DNA of 64,000 nt from an uncultured delta proteobacterium (lineage in GTDB: Bacteria > Myxococcota_A > Polyangia > Polyangiales > Polyangiaceae), in contig CAWJCS010000005.1 of the NCBI GenBank assembly GCA_963841435.1, positions 1,760,001 to 1,824,000 of the forward strand, given 5' to 3'. The notes under the pieces were generated by a model. It was given only the letters and a program-made list of their open reading frames with translations, did not search any database and was not told where the DNA came from. Below, piece after piece: positions 27,793-38,589 of the stretch. A program made the translations under genes and the position numbers. Position 1 is the first letter of the stretch. Each line of letters begins with the position of its first letter.

Positions 27793-29513
27793 GCTCGTGC
27801 GCGCTCGTCTCGCCGCCATGGCGGCGCGGGCATCGTTTCACGCTCCTCGGAGCGCTTTCGGTTTTGGGGGGTCTGGTTTTCGTCGCGAACGATGCGCGCG
27901 CGCAAGCCGCGCCGGCGGCCCCTCCCGCGGCGCCCGCTCCAACGACCCCGGCGCCGCCCGTGGCGGCCCCGCCAACTGCGGCGCCCGTTGCGCCGGCGGC
28001 GCCAGTGCCGAGCCCTTCGACGGAACCTTCGGCAGGAGCTCCCGCCGAGGGCACCGAGCCTGCGACGACCGAAGCCGAGCCGCCCCCCGCCGAGGCCGAG
28101 GCTTCGTCGGGGAGTGAAAGTGCGGCGACGGATACGGGCTCGGGCCTCTTCGAGAGCAGCTTGTCGGGAAGTGACGACGCCGGCTCTGTAGCTGGAGGCG
28201 GCGGTGCAACGGGCATCGACCTCGGGGGCTACGTTCGCGGTGACGTGTTCGCAGGGATGGTGCCCGACTCCAAGCGCTACGAGATGAAGGCCGCCTACGG
28301 CGAGCTAGCGCTCAAGGTCACCGCCAAAAAGGAGCACCTCGGGACCGCGTTCGCCGAGGCGCGCTTCATGTACGGGCGCGTCGGCGACGACGTGGGGCCG
28401 ACAATAAACCTGCGCGAAGCGTACGTGAGCACGTATCTCGGCCCGCTCGACCTCCGCCTGGGCCAACAGATCGTCGTGTGGGGTCGCGCCGATGCCTTCA
28501 ACCCGACGAATAATCTGACGCCCTTTGATCTGCGCGTGCGTTCTCCCGCCGAGGACGACCGTCAACAGGGTAACGTTGGCGCTCGCGCCTCACTCAACTT
28601 GAGCCCCATCCGGATCGAGGGCGTGTGGATGCCGCTCTACCGGCCGGCGCAGATCCCGTTCATCGTTCCCTGGTACGCGAGGCTGGTGGACGATACTCCA
28701 GAGCCCGATCTCGCGCACGGTACGCAGGGCGCGCGGGTGCACTTGGAGTTGCCGGCCTTCGAGATGTCTGCGTCGTACGTGTACGGCTACGCGCCGCTTC
28801 CGGGGTTCACGTACCACCACCTGATTCACGCCAGCGACGAGCCCAGCGAAACCGCTGCGAGGCCGTGGCAGCTCGAGATCGGGCGAACGCCGTACCAGCA
28901 TCACGTAGTCGGCTTCGATTTCTCCACGGCCATCGGCGATGTGCTCGGCTTGCGTGGCGAGGCCGCCTACCGCTTCCCCATGCATTTTCGCACCCGGTAC
29001 TGGGAGCCGCGCCCGGACCTCCAATACGTGGTTGGGGTCGATCACAATTTCGGCTCGGTGAGTGTCATTGCGCAGTACATGGGCCGCGTGGCGTTTCATT
29101 GGAGCAAGGTCGAAAAGCCGGAGCTTCCCGCGATTGTTAACGGCGACCTCGATACGTTCCTGACCAACGAGATCCTGCCGACCTTCGCGGCGGCCGACAT
29201 CGCGGCGTACGCTCCCGACGACCTCGCGTTCCGAAACCAGATGCTCTTCGGCCAGCTGCACGAGGTGCAGCACCTTGCCTCGCTGCGCGTCGAGTGGCTC
29301 ACCCTGCACGACACGCTCTCGCTCTCGGCGCTCGGCATGGTGAACTTCACCACGCAGGAGTGGCTCGCGTTTCCGAAGGTGCTCTATCACCTGACCGATG
29401 CCCTGAGCACTTCGGTGGGCGCGGAAATCTACGCTGGCCCCACGGGCACCCTGTTCGGTCTCATCGACGAGGAGCTCAGCGCCGTCTACGGCGAGCTCCG
29501 CGCGAGCTTCTGA
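27789..29513 (+). CDS. Outer-membrane beta-barrel protein (DUF1302-like)
   Basis: Signal peptide, Pro/Ala linker, LREAYV..LDLRLGQQIVVWGRAD.FNPTN, C-terminal ELRASF. Confidence 0.8.
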   Translation: MSSCALVSPPWRRGHRFTLLGALSVLGGLVFVANDARAQAAPAAPPAAPAPTTPAPPVAAPPTAAPVAPAAPVPSPSTEPSAGAPAEGTEPATTEAEPPPAEAEASSGSESAATDTGSGLFESSLSGSDDAGSVAGGGGATGIDLGGYVRGDVFAGMVPDSKRYEMKAAYGELALKVTAKKEHLGTAFAEARFMYGRVGDDVGPTINLREAYVSTYLGPLDLRLGQQIVVWGRADAFNPTNNLTPFDLRVRSPAEDDRQQGNVGARASLNLSPIRIEGVWMPLYRPAQIPFIVPWYARLVDDTPEPDLAHGTQGARVHLELPAFEMSASYVYGYAPLPGFTYHHLIHASDEPSETAARPWQLEIGRTPYQHHVVGFDFSTAIGDVLGLRGEAAYRFPMHFRTRYWEPRPDLQYVVGVDHNFGSVSVIAQYMGRVAFHWSKVEKPELPAIVNGDLDTFLTNEILPTFAAADIAAYAPDDLAFRNQMLFGQLHEVQHLASLRVEWLTLHDTLSLSALGMVNFTTQEWLAFPKVLYHLTDALSTSVGAEIYAGPTGTLFGLIDEELSAVYGELRASF

Positions 29514-29635
29514 CGGAGGTCCGGCACGTCGCCTTTTTGCCTTCGAAAATTTTCGTCGCCGGCGAGGAAGATCCTCGACCGAGCCACCGTCTAATCGTAT
29601 TGGAAATACCCCCGCTAAAGGAGCCCGGACCACCG

Positions 29636-30460
29636 ATGAACCAGCTCAGAATCCCGCGCAGAACGGCAACTTTGGCCCTCGTTGCAGCCGCTTCGTTCGG
29701 CTTGCTCGCCGGGGCACGGGACGCGGAGGCGGGCCCCTCCCCCCGCGAGATCATGGACAAGGTGGCCCTCACCCGGAAGCTCGCCGGGTCGGAAGCCGTC
29801 GTGAAGATGACCATCGTCAACGAGAAGGGCCAGACGCGGGAGCGCAAGATCTCGCTCGCCACCAAGCTCTTCGACGGCGGCAAGACCGAGAAGCGCGTCT
29901 ACCAGTTCCTCGCCCCGGCCGACGTGAAGGGCACCGGCGTGCTCGTCTTCGACTACGACGACAAGTCGGACGACACGTGGATCTTTCTCCCCGCTCTACG
30001 CAAGACGCGCCGCATCGTGAGCTCGCAGCGGTCGCAGGCCTTCATGGGTAGCGAATTTTCCTTCGGCGACCTCGCCGTGCCGGCGCTCGACGACTTCAAC
30101 TACAACCTCTTGAAGGAAGAGGCCGCGGGCGGCGAGCCCTGCTGGGTCATCAACGTCATTCCGAAGAACGACGACGTGAAGAAGAGCGACGGCTACTCCA
30201 AGAAGACCTACTGGGTGAGCAAGGACAAGTTCTCCGTCCGCAAGGGCGTCTACTACGACATGGGCGGCAAGCTCCTGAAGGAGCTTGCGACGAGCGATCT
30301 GAAGCTCCTCGACCCGAAGAACAAGCGCTACCGCCCCATGAAGATGGAAATGACCAACAAGCAGAACGGTCGCCGCTCCGTCTTCCAGTCCGAGAAAATC
30401 AGCTTCGCCCCCGACACGAAGGACGACTACTTCACGACGGCGTTCCTCGAGCGGACGTAG
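29636..30460 (+). CDS. Outer membrane lipoprotein-sorting (LolA-like) protein
   Basis: FLAPADVKGTGVL, WIFLPALRKTRRI, FMGSEFSFGDL; AAGGAG RBS-like sequence upstream. Confidence 0.88.
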   Translation: MNQLRIPRRTATLALVAAASFGLLAGARDAEAGPSPREIMDKVALTRKLAGSEAVVKMTIVNEKGQTRERKISLATKLFDGGKTEKRVYQFLAPADVKGTGVLVFDYDDKSDDTWIFLPALRKTRRIVSSQRSQAFMGSEFSFGDLAVPALDDFNYNLLKEEAAGGEPCWVINVIPKNDDVKKSDGYSKKTYWVSKDKFSVRKGVYYDMGGKLLKELATSDLKLLDPKNKRYRPMKMEMTNKQNGRRSVFQSEKISFAPDTKDDYFTTAFLERT

Positions 30461-31473
30461 CGCGACGCGCTGTCCGGCGACTGCTGCGCGAGCGCGCCGC
30501 GCTCACGCGCCGGATCCGAGCCGGGCTGCACGGCGAAGCGTTCAGCCGTCGAAACGCCCCGCAAATCGAGCTGGTGCGCGACGTACGTGAGCTCGCCGCG
30601 CTCGACCTGCGCGCGCCGCGTGCGGAGCCAAGCGTCGAGCGTGGCGCGGTCAACGCCGGGGTCCGCTTCGAGCGCTTCCTCGATCGTCCTCAGAATGTGG
30701 AAGAGGAAGAACGCTTCATTCTCCGGATAGCGTCCGTCGCTCGGGAAGACGACCCAGTCGGAGCTCCCCGCCGCGAGGACCCGCGCGCCTGCCGCGTGAA
30801 GCTGGGCGAATAGGTGTCGACCGGCGCGGCTCTCGCCCGCCCTGTGGCCGAAGCGCACGCGCTCGTCCATCGTCCGGTGGAACGCCGCCATGAGCGCGTC
30901 GTCGGCCGGGTGATCGGGCTGGAAGATCGACTCGCCGTCGAAGTTGATCGTGAACCAGAAGACGCCTCGCGGCGCGAGCCGTGCAAGCAGCGTCGGCAGC
31001 ACGGCGGGCACGTCGACGAGGTCGAGCACGGCGTTCGCGACGAGCAGATCCACACCGTGTGCGTCCGCTGGCCGCCCGGCGAAATCCTGGAGCTCCGCCT
31101 GCGTGCTCAAGACGTCGATCGTGGTGCCGTCGTCGGCCCGTATCCGCGCGGCTGCGCCTTCCACCTCGACCTTGCGCCTCGTCCCAACGGCCCAGCTCTG
31201 GAGCCAGCGGTGAAGGTCGCCGAGCAGCCGCGCGTCAACGTCGAGAGCGACGTATTCACCCGCGCGGAGCACCCTCCAGTCGACGAGCCTGGTCAGCATC
31301 GTCCCGACGCCCGCGCCGATCTCGAGCACACGCGCCGTCGGTAGCGGTGCGAGCGCGCTCCGCACGGTCTCGAGCACGTGGCGGTTCAGCGCGCGATCGT
31401 CAACGGAGATCTTGGAGAGCAGGTACCGGGTCTCGCCGTAGGTCGCAGGGTCCGAGGCGAAATCCGGCAACAT
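30427..31473 (-). CDS. Class I SAM-dependent methyltransferase (true stop may be ~30542 if one T is missing at ~30564)
   Basis: VLEIGAGVGTM, ALDVD, DLLVANAVLDL. The current tail runs into the convergent gene; adding a T gives HQLDFAGRFDG*. Confidence 0.8.
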   Translation of the reverse strand: MLPDFASDPATYGETRYLLSKISVDDRALNRHVLETVRSALAPLPTARVLEIGAGVGTMLTRLVDWRVLRAGEYVALDVDARLLGDLHRWLQSWAVGTRRKVEVEGAAARIRADDGTTIDVLSTQAELQDFAGRPADAHGVDLLVANAVLDLVDVPAVLPTLLARLAPRGVFWFTINFDGESIFQPDHPADDALMAAFHRTMDERVRFGHRAGESRAGRHLFAQLHAAGARVLAAGSSDWVVFPSDGRYPENEAFFLFHILRTIEEALEADPGVDRATLDAWLRTRRAQVERGELTYVAHQLDLRGVSTAERFAVQPGSDPARERGALAQQSPDSASRYVRSRNAVVK

Positions 31474-31523
31474 CGCTTCGTCTCCGCGCCGTTAGGCGCG
31501 CTGGGCTTCGCGCCGCGCGGCGC

Positions 31524-32669
31524 TCAAGCGGACGCCGCCGGTTGCGCGCCGTTCGTCACTTGCGCGGGCGGCTGCCAGGGCGGGAGGAACGTGTCGTAGA
31601 AGAACGCGCAGTCTTTCCGGATCTGGGCTTCGTCGAGGCCGAACTTGGCGAGATCGTACTGGTGCTCGGACTCGTACTTGCGCTGCTTTTCGGCGCGCTT
31701 CTTCACCGTGGCGCGAAGCTCGGGCGTCATCTCGTGGTTCAGGAACGTGCACATCTCTTCCATCACGTTCTCGAAATCCATCATCATCCGATCGTAGCGC
31801 ACGATGAACACGCGCTCGTGATCGATGGCACCGCTCTGCCACTCCTCGTGGAACCGCTCGAGCAGTGAGACGAGGGCGCGGTACATGCGTTCGAGCCAGC
31901 GCTTCCTGATTTCCTCGGGCTGCGACCAGAAGCCGAAGGCCCGGTCGAGCACGCCCGTGACGAGGCTCATGGCGCTCGGCAGGACCGCGATGGGATCGCG
32001 GGCCATGTAGAGGATCTGCGCTTCGGGGAAGCGCTCGAGGAATTGTGGCAACCGCACGGCGAGCGAGAAGAGCTTCGCGACGTTACGCTTCGACTCGTGG
32101 AGCACGAGGCTTCGGCGCCACAGCTTGTCGAGCCACTCGAAGTCGCGCTTCGACGTGTCGCGGACGCGCGGGTCGAACTCGAGATACGGGTCGTTCTCCT
32201 CGAACGACAAGAAGAAGCCGTAGAGGAAGAAACCGTCGAGGTAGCGAAAGAGCACGCCCACGTCGTCGGTCTCGACCGAGCTCAGGCTCGTTTCGTGAGC
32301 CTTCGTCGAGTGAAACTTCGCGGGGCTCAGCCTCTCGAGCAACGGCAGGATGGGCCGCAAGAGCTTCTGGAGAAACAGCGACGGATAGAGCATCAAGAAG
32401 AGCTCCATGCCCGAGCCGAAGCCCTCGTCCGAGAGGAACCGCTGCAAGAACGTCGTGCCGGTGCGCGGATTGCCGACGAGCACGATGGGCCGATTCGCGC
32501 GCGTGCGCGCGAGGCGCGGAAAGAACACGTGATCGAGCGTCATCGCGACGGCGACGATCGTGCGGAGCAGTCCGAACAAGCACGCCAAGAACAGCGGCAC
32601 GACGTACACGTGGTGCGGACGCCGGAGCACGCCGTAGATGCGACCCATTCGGGAGAGGATGCTGTTCAT
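31524..32669 (-). CDS. PAPS-dependent sulfotransferase, membrane-anchored
   Basis: N-terminal TM; VGNPRTGTTFL (5'-PSB), MARDPIAVLPS (3'-PB), VRYDRMM. Confidence 0.9.
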   Translation of the reverse strand: MNSILSRMGRIYGVLRRPHHVYVVPLFLACLFGLLRTIVAVAMTLDHVFFPRLARTRANRPIVLVGNPRTGTTFLQRFLSDEGFGSGMELFLMLYPSLFLQKLLRPILPLLERLSPAKFHSTKAHETSLSSVETDDVGVLFRYLDGFFLYGFFLSFEENDPYLEFDPRVRDTSKRDFEWLDKLWRRSLVLHESKRNVAKLFSLAVRLPQFLERFPEAQILYMARDPIAVLPSAMSLVTGVLDRAFGFWSQPEEIRKRWLERMYRALVSLLERFHEEWQSGAIDHERVFIVRYDRMMMDFENVMEEMCTFLNHEMTPELRATVKKRAEKQRKYESEHQYDLAKFGLDEAQIRKDCAFFYDTFLPPWQPPAQVTNGAQPAASA

Positions 32670-32756
32670 GCCACCTTAGGGCTGGGAGTGATGGGCGACT
32701 CGGACGCTAGCATGCCGCTCGCGCCGGAGGGCTCGTGATCGGCGCGCCTCGACGCG

Positions 32757-33512
32757 TCAGAGACCGCTCGACTTCAAACTTTCGTCCTCGGCGACGCGCG
32801 GCAAGTGGATGCCGCACTCGCTGTGCACGCCGAGCCTTCGACCGGCGCGCGGGTCCTCGCCTTCGAGTGTGGGCGTCGTCGAGTGAATGTCGCCGATCGA
32901 GCGATATCCACGGCGGTAGAGAGGATGAAAGGGGAGGTCGTTTTTCCGCATGTAGTGGTACAGGTCCTCCTCGTTCCAGCCGAGGATCGGGTGCACTTTC
33001 ACGATGTCGTCTTGCAGCTCGACCTTGCGCAGGCCCGCGCGAAATTCGTTCTGATTGCCACGTAGCCCGGCGATCCAAGCGCGGGGCTGAAGCTCGCGGA
33101 GCGCGCGATCCATAGGCTCGATCTTGTTGAGCTGCATGTACTTTTCGAGGTCCTCTTCCCACAGCTTGCCGTAGAGAGCCTCTTGACGAGCGGCCGTCAT
33201 GCGCGGCGAATAGACGCGAAGGTCGAGGCCGAAGCGCTCCGTGAGCTGCTCGGCGAAGCGATACGTTTCGGAGAACAGGTAGCCCGTGTCGAGAAACACG
33301 ACGGGCGCGTGCGGTACGACCTGGCTCGCGAGGTGCAGCATCATCGCGGACTCCGCGCCGAAGCTCGAAGTGAGGATCAGTCGATCGCCGAACGTGTCCT
33401 TCGCCCAGGCGAGCACGGCCGCCGGCGAGGCTTGCTCGAGCTGCGCGTTGACGGCATCGAGATCGATGCTGGGAGTCGGGCTCGCTTCGACGAGCTTGAG
33501 CGGCTGGGCCAT
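32757..33512 (-). CDS. cysH: Phosphoadenylyl-sulfate (PAPS) reductase, type without Fe-S cluster
   Basis: TSSFG, DTGYLF.ETY, NKIEP, GYRSIGD, ECGIH; lacks the CC..CxxC cluster ligands. Confidence 0.93.
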   Translation of the reverse strand: MAQPLKLVEASPTPSIDLDAVNAQLEQASPAAVLAWAKDTFGDRLILTSSFGAESAMMLHLASQVVPHAPVVFLDTGYLFSETYRFAEQLTERFGLDLRVYSPRMTAARQEALYGKLWEEDLEKYMQLNKIEPMDRALRELQPRAWIAGLRGNQNEFRAGLRKVELQDDIVKVHPILGWNEEDLYHYMRKNDLPFHPLYRRGYRSIGDIHSTTPTLEGEDPRAGRRLGVHSECGIHLPRVAEDESLKSSGL

Positions 33513-33631
33513 GGCGACAAACGTGCGCCTCTATGCCTAGATGTCAACTAGGCTGATTCTTGAACTGCCAAATCCTCGGTAAAGATGCCCGAGAATTCTT
33601 GACTGTTTTTGTGCAACTCAAGACGCCTCGT

Positions 33632-34594
33632 TCAGCTCGCTCGAAACTGCGCTTCGAAGTCGCTCGCGAAGCCTTCGAGATCGGCTGTCGGCAGATGATT
33701 GATGCCACCGGCCGTGCGGCGGCCACCGCCCGTGGGGAAGCGTCGGCAGAAGGCTTCAGCCGGCACCACTGCATCGCGTGGAACCCGCACGCTCACGACG
33801 AACCCGCCGGCCTTCTTCGGAGAAGCGATGGCAACGGCACTCTTTAGGTTTGCCTTCGAGAGATCGTTGGCAAGCGTGCCGATCACGCGGCGAGCCCACG
33901 CTTCGTCCGGCATCACGTACAAGATGGCGCCCGGCGTTTTTCGCGCCGGCTCGAGCCGCTCGGCAAGCTCCATGTCTTTCCGATATCCCGCCGCGAGCCC
34001 GCGGTACGCCTCCGAGCTCCGCGCGAACTCGAGTGGATCGACGAAGGGCAGCATGGCCGCCGCGAGCTCGGTGGGGGGAACGTGCAGGTCGGTGACCGTC
34101 TCACCGTAGGCGTTGTAGTTGAGCGTGACGCCCAGCGTTTCCAGGGTCTTTTCGGATTCCGGGGCGAGGCCGAGCTCGCGCCCGAGTGCCTTCGCTTCCT
34201 CGACGAGGCTGTCGCCGAACGCACCCGTGACTGCCCAGGCGCGCGCGCGCCCGCCGAGCTGGCGGTCAACGAGAATGCTCGTGCAGACCGTGGCGCTCTC
34301 GTCGATGTGATGCTCGAGCCGGTCGCTCGCCGGGATTTCTCCCGCATGATGATGATCGAAGTAGCGTACCGAGGCGCCCGCTTCGAGCAGCGCCACGAGC
34401 CCGTCGCGGTTCACGTCGAGCGATACGTCGAGCACGGTGACGCGGTCGCCGGGCGCCGCCTTCACGCGGCCGAGCAAGGCGATGTCGCGTTTGACGCCCG
34501 TGACGAGCTCGAAGGGGCCGTCCTCGACGAGCCGGAGCTGTTGCAGGGCGCAGAGGCCGTCCGCGTCGCCGTTGAAAGCAACCGTGTGCGTCAT
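33632..34594 (-). CDS. DHH/DHHA1 family phosphoesterase
   Basis: [32 protein letters not shown]. Confidence 0.82.
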   Translation of the reverse strand: MTHTVAFNGDADGLCALQQLRLVEDGPFELVTGVKRDIALLGRVKAAPGDRVTVLDVSLDVNRDGLVALLEAGASVRYFDHHHAGEIPASDRLEHHIDESATVCTSILVDRQLGGRARAWAVTGAFGDSLVEEAKALGRELGLAPESEKTLETLGVTLNYNAYGETVTDLHVPPTELAAAMLPFVDPLEFARSSEAYRGLAAGYRKDMELAERLEPARKTPGAILYVMPDEAWARRVIGTLANDLSKANLKSAVAIASPKKAGGFVVSVRVPRDAVVPAEAFCRRFPTGGGRRTAGGINHLPTADLEGFASDFEAQFRAS

Positions 34595-36519
34595 GCCTCG
34601 AGGAGCCCTCGCTCTTCGAGGAACGAGACGACGGCATCGGCCGCGGCTTCGGGCGTCATCTGCGTGGTGTCGATGCGGATTTCGGGCTTCTCGGGCGCTT
34701 CGTAGGGCGAGTCGATGCCGGTGAAGTTCTTGAGCTCGCCGCGCCGCGCCTTCTTGTAGAGGCCCTTCGGGTCGCGCTCCTCGGCGACGGGAAGCGGTGT
34801 ATCCACGAAGATCTCGACGAACTCGCCGTCGGCGAGCATCGAGCGCGCCATCGAGCGTTCGGCCCGGAACGGCGAGATGAACGCCGTGCTCACGATGAGC
34901 CCGGCGTCAACCATGAGCTTGCCGACCTCCGCGATGCGGCGAATGTTCTCCACGCGATCCGCGTCGGTGAAGCCGAGGTCGCGGTTCAAGCCGTGACGCA
35001 CGTTGTCGCCGTCGAGCAGGTACGTGTGGCGATGCAAGCTGTGGAGCTTCTTGTCGACGAGGTTCGCGATCGTCGACTTTCCGGCGCCCGAAAGCCCCGT
35101 GTACCAGAGCAAGCACGGCTTTTGGTTCTTGATCGACGCGCGCGCGATCTTGTTCACGTCCATCGCCTGCCAGTGGACGTTTTGCGCGCGGCGCAGCGCA
35201 AAGTGCAGCATCCCCGCGCCGACCGTGTCGTTCGTCATGCGGTCGATGAGGATGAAGGCGCCCATATCCCTGTTCTCTTTGTAGGAGTCGAAGGCGATGG
35301 CGCGGTCGAGCTGCAGGTGGCAAACGCCGATCTCGTTCAGATCGAGGCGCGGCGCCGGCTGCTGCTCGAGCGTGTTCACGTTGATGCGGTACTTGAGCGC
35401 GCCGAGCGTGGCCGTCGCCATGCGCGAGCCGAGCTTGAAGAGGTAGCTTCGGCCGCGCAAAAGCGGACTCTCGTTCATCCACACGACGGTGGCCTCGAAC
35501 TGGTCGGCCACCTGTGCGGGACTGTCGGCCGCGGCGATCAGATCGCCCCGCGAGACGTCAACCTCGTCCGCGAGCGTGAGCGTGATCGACTGGCCGACGA
35601 CCGCTTCCTCCAGGTCGCCGTCCTTGGTGACGATGCGTTTGACCTGGCTCACGCGACCCGAAGGCTGCACGCGGATCGTGTCGCCGGGGCGTACCGCGCC
35701 CGCGACGATCGTCCCGGCGAACCCGCGAAAGTCGAGGTTCGGGCGGTTGACCCACTGCACGGGCAGGCGCAGCGGCTTGTCGTGCAGGCGCATCTCGTCG
35801 ACCTCGACGGTATCGAGCAGGCCCATCAACGTGGGCCCGTGGTACCAGGGCGTGCGATCCGAGCGTTCGATGATGTTGTCGCCGTTGACGGCGGACATCG
35901 GGATGCACATGAAATCGTGGATGCCGATCTGCTTGGCGAACTCGCGGTAGTCGGCCTCGATTTTCGCGAAGACCTCCTGCGAGTAGTCGACGAGGTCCAT
36001 CTTGTTCACGGCCAGGACCACGTGTTGGATGCCGAGCAGCGACACGAGGAACGAATGCCGCTTGGTCTGGGTGAGCACGCCCTTGCGGGCGTCGATGAGG
36101 ATGACGCTGAGATCGGCGGTGGAAGCGCCGGTCACCATGTTGCGCGTGTACTGCTCGTGACCGGGCGTGTCGGCGACGATGAAGTTGCGGCGCTCGGTCG
36201 AGAAGAAGCGATACGCAACGTCGATCGTGATGCCCTGCTCGCGCTCTGCCGCAAGGCCGTCGAGCAAAAGCGCGTAGTCGATCTCGCCGCCGCGCGTGCC
36301 CACGGACTTCGAGTCGCGCGCGAGCGCGTCGAGCTGGTCGTCGAAGAGCGCCTTCGAGTCCCAGAGCAAGCGCCCGATCAGCGTGCTTTTGCCGTCGTCG
36401 ACGCTGCCGCAGGTGTTGAAGCGGAGCAGGCCGCGCTGCAGGCGGCGGCGCACGTCCGCGTCGATGTCGTCGGGCGGGCTCGCGAGCGCCGCGGTGGAGG
36501 GTGCTACGGGGGCGCGCAT
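34591..36519 (-). CDS. cysNC: Bifunctional sulfate adenylyltransferase subunit 1 / APS kinase
   Basis: [41 protein letters not shown]; kinase [19 protein letters not shown]. Confidence 0.96.
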   Translation of the reverse strand: MRAPVAPSTAALASPPDDIDADVRRRLQRGLLRFNTCGSVDDGKSTLIGRLLWDSKALFDDQLDALARDSKSVGTRGGEIDYALLLDGLAAEREQGITIDVAYRFFSTERRNFIVADTPGHEQYTRNMVTGASTADLSVILIDARKGVLTQTKRHSFLVSLLGIQHVVLAVNKMDLVDYSQEVFAKIEADYREFAKQIGIHDFMCIPMSAVNGDNIIERSDRTPWYHGPTLMGLLDTVEVDEMRLHDKPLRLPVQWVNRPNLDFRGFAGTIVAGAVRPGDTIRVQPSGRVSQVKRIVTKDGDLEEAVVGQSITLTLADEVDVSRGDLIAAADSPAQVADQFEATVVWMNESPLLRGRSYLFKLGSRMATATLGALKYRINVNTLEQQPAPRLDLNEIGVCHLQLDRAIAFDSYKENRDMGAFILIDRMTNDTVGAGMLHFALRRAQNVHWQAMDVNKIARASIKNQKPCLLWYTGLSGAGKSTIANLVDKKLHSLHRHTYLLDGDNVRHGLNRDLGFTDADRVENIRRIAEVGKLMVDAGLIVSTAFISPFRAERSMARSMLADGEFVEIFVDTPLPVAEERDPKGLYKKARRGELKNFTGIDSPYEAPEKPEIRIDTTQMTPEAAADAVVSFLEERGLLEA

Positions 36520-37418
36520 CAGAAGTAACCGTCCTGCTTCTTCTTTTCCATGGACGCAGCGGCGTCGTGGTCGATGACTCGGCCCTGGCGCTCCGAAGAG
36601 CGAGCCGAGAGCATTTCCTTGATGATGAGCGGGAGCGTATCCGCCGTCGATTCGATGGCTCCCGTGAGCGGGTAGCAGCCGAGCGTCCGGAAGCGGACGA
36701 CTTTCCTCATGGGCTTCTCGCCGGGGGCGAGCGGCATGCGGTCGTCGTCGACCATGATGAGTGTGCCGTCGCGCGAGACGACGGGCCGCTCGGCGGCGAA
36801 GTAGAGCGGCACGATCGGAATCTTCTCGAGATAAATGTATTGCCACACGTCGAGCTCGGTCCAGTTGGAGAGCGGGAACACGCGCATGGATTCGCCCTTG
36901 TGCTTGCGTGCGTTGAAGAGGCGCCACAGCTCGGGTCGCTGGGTCTTGGGATCCCAGCGGTGCTGCGCGGTCCTGAAGGAGAAGATGCGCTCCTTGGCGC
37001 GAGACTTTTCCTCGTCGCGGCGCGCTCCGCCGAACGCGGCGTCGAAGCCGTACTTGTCGAGCGCTTGCTTGAGCCCCTCGGTCTTCCACATGTCGGTGTG
37101 AACGGCCGACCCGTGCGTGAACGGGTTGATTCCCTTCTCGAGCGCCTCCGGATTCTTGTAGACGATGAGGTCCATGCCCGACTCGGAGGCCATGCGGTCG
37201 CGCAGCGCGTACATGTCCTGGAACTTCCAGGTGGTATCGACGTGCAGCAGCGGGAAGGGCGGTCGCGCGGGGTAGAACGCCTTCTGCGCGACGTGCAGCA
37301 TCGCCGCGCTGTCCTTACCCACTGAGTACAGCATCACGGGCTTCTCGGCCTCCGCGGCGACCTCTCGTATGATGTGGATGGCTTCGGCTTCGAGGCGTTC
37401 GAGGTGGGTGAGGGTCAT
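36519..37418 (-). CDS. cysD: Sulfate adenylyltransferase subunit 2
   Basis: [46 protein letters not shown]. Confidence 0.97.
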   Translation of the reverse strand: MTLTHLERLEAEAIHIIREVAAEAEKPVMLYSVGKDSAAMLHVAQKAFYPARPPFPLLHVDTTWKFQDMYALRDRMASESGMDLIVYKNPEALEKGINPFTHGSAVHTDMWKTEGLKQALDKYGFDAAFGGARRDEEKSRAKERIFSFRTAQHRWDPKTQRPELWRLFNARKHKGESMRVFPLSNWTELDVWQYIYLEKIPIVPLYFAAERPVVSRDGTLIMVDDDRMPLAPGEKPMRKVVRFRTLGCYPLTGAIESTADTLPLIIKEMLSARSSERQGRVIDHDAAASMEKKKQDGYF

Positions 37419-37800
37419 GAGGTGCCGGTCGCTCCTGTCCGTCTGGCGGGGTAGTAGACTAATGCCCGGTCAGAGTAATTTGCGTTGCGGGCTGCCGCCA
37501 GCGGGCCTCTCGCTTGAAACTTCTGTCGTCGCCGGAAAGTTGACGGTTCGGGCGGGCGGCAGAGCAGGCGCGAGGTAACGACCACTGTAAATCATCCGCG
37601 AGCGCAGCAGGCGTGGCGTCACGAAATTAGAAGTGCGCCGGCGCGGCGTGCACGCGTCCGACCCTGCGCTCGAGGCCGTCGGGCCGGCCACTCCCCCGAA
37701 GATTCAGCCATCGGATCGGCCGCGGTGCCGAGCTGCCGCCGCAACGCGTCAAGCGACCGATTCTCGCGGGGATCTCGGGTCCGTCTCGCCGAGCGTCGCT

Positions 37801-38572
37801 TCACGCGCGTCGAAACGCGGCGAGGTGTTGCCAGACGTACGCTAGCGCGCCGCCCTTCGGGTACTTGTCGTCGGCGATGCCGTAGCGGTCGGGCTTCGTC
37901 TCGGGAAGGTACGCCGTGCCGAAAAGGAAATCCCAGATCGCCAGCTTGGTCGCGAAGTTCCGGCTGGGCGAGGTGAGCTCGCGCGCGTGGTGCCAGCGGT
38001 GCATCTCGGGGCCGTTGATGACGTACTTGAGGGCGCCGCTCTTCACGTTCAGGTTCGAGTGGATGTACATGCCCCACACGGCGTCGAGCGTCGCCTTCAT
38101 GAGCGCCACCTCGGGCGCGGCACCCAAGAGCACGATCGGCAAAAATTCGATCGTCTGATTGACGCAAATCTCGAGGGAGTGGGAGCGCGTGCCGCTCAGC
38201 CAGTCGAACGTCGTCCACCGAATGGTGCGCTTCGTGGATGCGCCAGAGCAGCGGTGAAGCGTGTTGCAGACGGTGAAAGCAGTAGATGTAAAAGTCGTGG
38301 GTGACGAAGAAGAACGCGAGCTGGACGGGCACCGGCCAGGCGCTCACGAGGTGGAGGCGCGAGATCTCCGTATGGCCGTCCACGAAGCGGATGAAAGCCG
38401 TGATGAGGAGCCCGAGAAAATAGCTCTGGATGAGGCCGTAGCCCACGAGATCCGTGAGGAAGCCCGCGCGGAAGAGCTTCTGATGCGGGTCGTAAGGCCA
38501 GATGCGCTCGAGCACCACGAACGAGAGCGCAACGCCGACGATGATTGCCGGTGAGATGATTTCCCAACGCAT
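37801..38572 (-). CDS. Sterol desaturase / fatty acid hydroxylase family protein; +1 frameshift at ~38207
   Basis: His boxes HRLQH, HEAHH, HSN and HRWHH. Removing one base restores DDVDWLSGTRSH. Confidence 0.88.
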
Positions 38573-38589
38573 CAGGTGGTCTCGCCGGC

